Source: Chloroflexota bacterium (GTDB lineage: Bacteria > Chloroflexota > Limnocylindria > Limnocylindrales > CSP1-4). From it: a DNA stretch of 64,000 nt. The position numbers were made by a program, and so were the translations under genes. The notes under the pieces are model-generated. The model worked only from the letters and a program-made list of their open reading frames with translations, did not search any database and was not told the DNA's origin. Every line of letters begins with the position of its first letter. The first letter of the stretch is position 1. Positions 63,422 through 64,000 of this stretch are shown here, in pieces. Where the stretch lies: positions 35,000 through 98,999 of the forward strand of contig PLOC01000094.1 in NCBI GenBank assembly GCA_003141955.1, written 5' to 3'.

Positions 63422-64000
63422 ATGAACGACCAGCCGAGCGAGAAACCCGCCGAGAAGCCGAAATCCGCGCCACGGCCGAGACGAAAGGCTGAGGCCGCTC
63501 CGGCCGAGCGGGCGCCCAGGCCGGCCGCGCCGAAGGCCGCCGCGCCGAAGCCGGCCGCGCCGAAGGCCGCCGCGCCGAAGCCGGCCGCGTCGCCTGCCCC
63601 AATCTCTGTTTCGCAGCCGACACCCACGCCTGTCTGGGGCACGACGGTCAACGTGACGCGGGCGGGCGTGGCGGAGGTCGAAGCAGACTCGATCAACGTC
63701 CGCCAGGGCGGCCTCGGAGCTGCCTCTGCCGAGGACATCACGGTCGAGATGGGCGGCATCGGCCGGGCTCATGCCGACGACATCGCCGTCCGGCTGGGTG
63801 GCGTCGGAGTCGCCCACGGCGAGCGTGTCTCGATCGAGCTCGGTGCGGTGGGCGTGGCGGTGGCCGGGGAGATGGAGCTCAAGCAGGGCTACGCCAGGGC
63901 GATCCTCGCTCGCGACGTCCGCATCAGGCAGGGCGGCGCGCAAACGATCGTTGCGGGGCACGTCACACTCGAGCAGCAGTCGGGGGCATTCATCCTGCTG
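63422..64000 (+). CDS. Partial gene (runs off the window): Lys/Pro/Ala-rich N-terminus + 15-residue-periodic Gly-rich repeat domain (beta-solenoid-like)
   Basis: Not in the ORF track because no stop falls in the window. The ATG follows GAGAGGA. Own translation: MNDQPSEKPAEKPKSAPRPRRKAEAAP...AAPKAAAPKPAAPKAAAPKPAAS...INVRQGGLGAASAED ITVEMGGIGRAHADD IAVRLGGVGVAHGER VSIELGAVGVAVAGE... It remains open for 193 codons. Confidence 0.7.
   Translation, partial: MNDQPSEKPAEKPKSAPRPRRKAEAAPAERAPRPAAPKAAAPKPAAPKAAAPKPAASPAPISVSQPTPTPVWGTTVNVTRAGVAEVEADSINVRQGGLGAASAEDITVEMGGIGRAHADDIAVRLGGVGVAHGERVSIELGAVGVAVAGEMELKQGYARAILARDVRIRQGGAQTIVAGHVTLEQQSGAFILL
63521..63590 (+). repeat. 30-nt in-frame tandem repeat, about 2.3 copies
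   Basis: ccggccgcgccgaaggccgccgcgccgaag occurs twice exactly plus a partial third copy. It encodes PAAPKAAAPK. Confidence 0.85.

Overview
Very GC-rich bacterial chromosomal segment; third codon positions are almost all G/C, so every real gene has long shadow ORFs in other frames. By eye I found no rRNA, tRNA, CRISPR array, transposase, integrase or phage genes. I call about 50 protein genes, nearly all housekeeping or envelope-related.

Gene order:
(1) A small divergent unit of two unknown genes.
(2) A complete oxidative pentose-phosphate supra-operon, tkt-rpiB-pgi-gnd-zwf-opcA-pgl (1.3-10.3 kb).
(3) A co-oriented minus-strand block (11.1-18.6 kb): MCP, GAF histidine kinase, NarL-type regulator, ferredoxin/GltD-type Fe-S flavoprotein, then two paralogous membrane proteins of unknown family.
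(4) MarR plus a zinc-ribbon protein, a GlsB-like stress protein, citrate synthase and an MFS transporter.
(5) Two tandem paralogous membrane-anchored extracellular proteins.
(6) YciI and a YhaN/YhaO (SbcCD-like) ATPase/nuclease pair.
(7) A zinc-ribbon gene, a membrane protein, a micro-ORF plus methyltransferase, a TrxB-like flavoprotein and metH.
(8) A 648-nt gene-free gap with tandem repeats.
(9) Rhodanese, then guaA, then an envelope cluster rich in zinc-ribbon/TM proteins around a UPF0182 protein and a CPBP protease (40.4-50.1 kb).
(10) radC-mreB-mreC.
(11) The dTDP-rhamnose operon rmlABDC, followed by two large secreted proteins that each end in three copies of the same ~120-aa repeat module.
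(12) A truncated gene for a 15-residue-periodic repeat protein.

The best candidates for undescribed biology are:
- the Fe-S flavoprotein plus twin-membrane-protein operon with its adjacent MCP and two-component genes;
- the shared C-terminal repeat module next to the rml genes;
- the paired zinc-ribbon-IPGxTDVxP proteins within the UPF0182 neighbourhood.

All functional calls rest on motifs I recognise by eye. No database search was possible. Start codons of several genes are uncertain.
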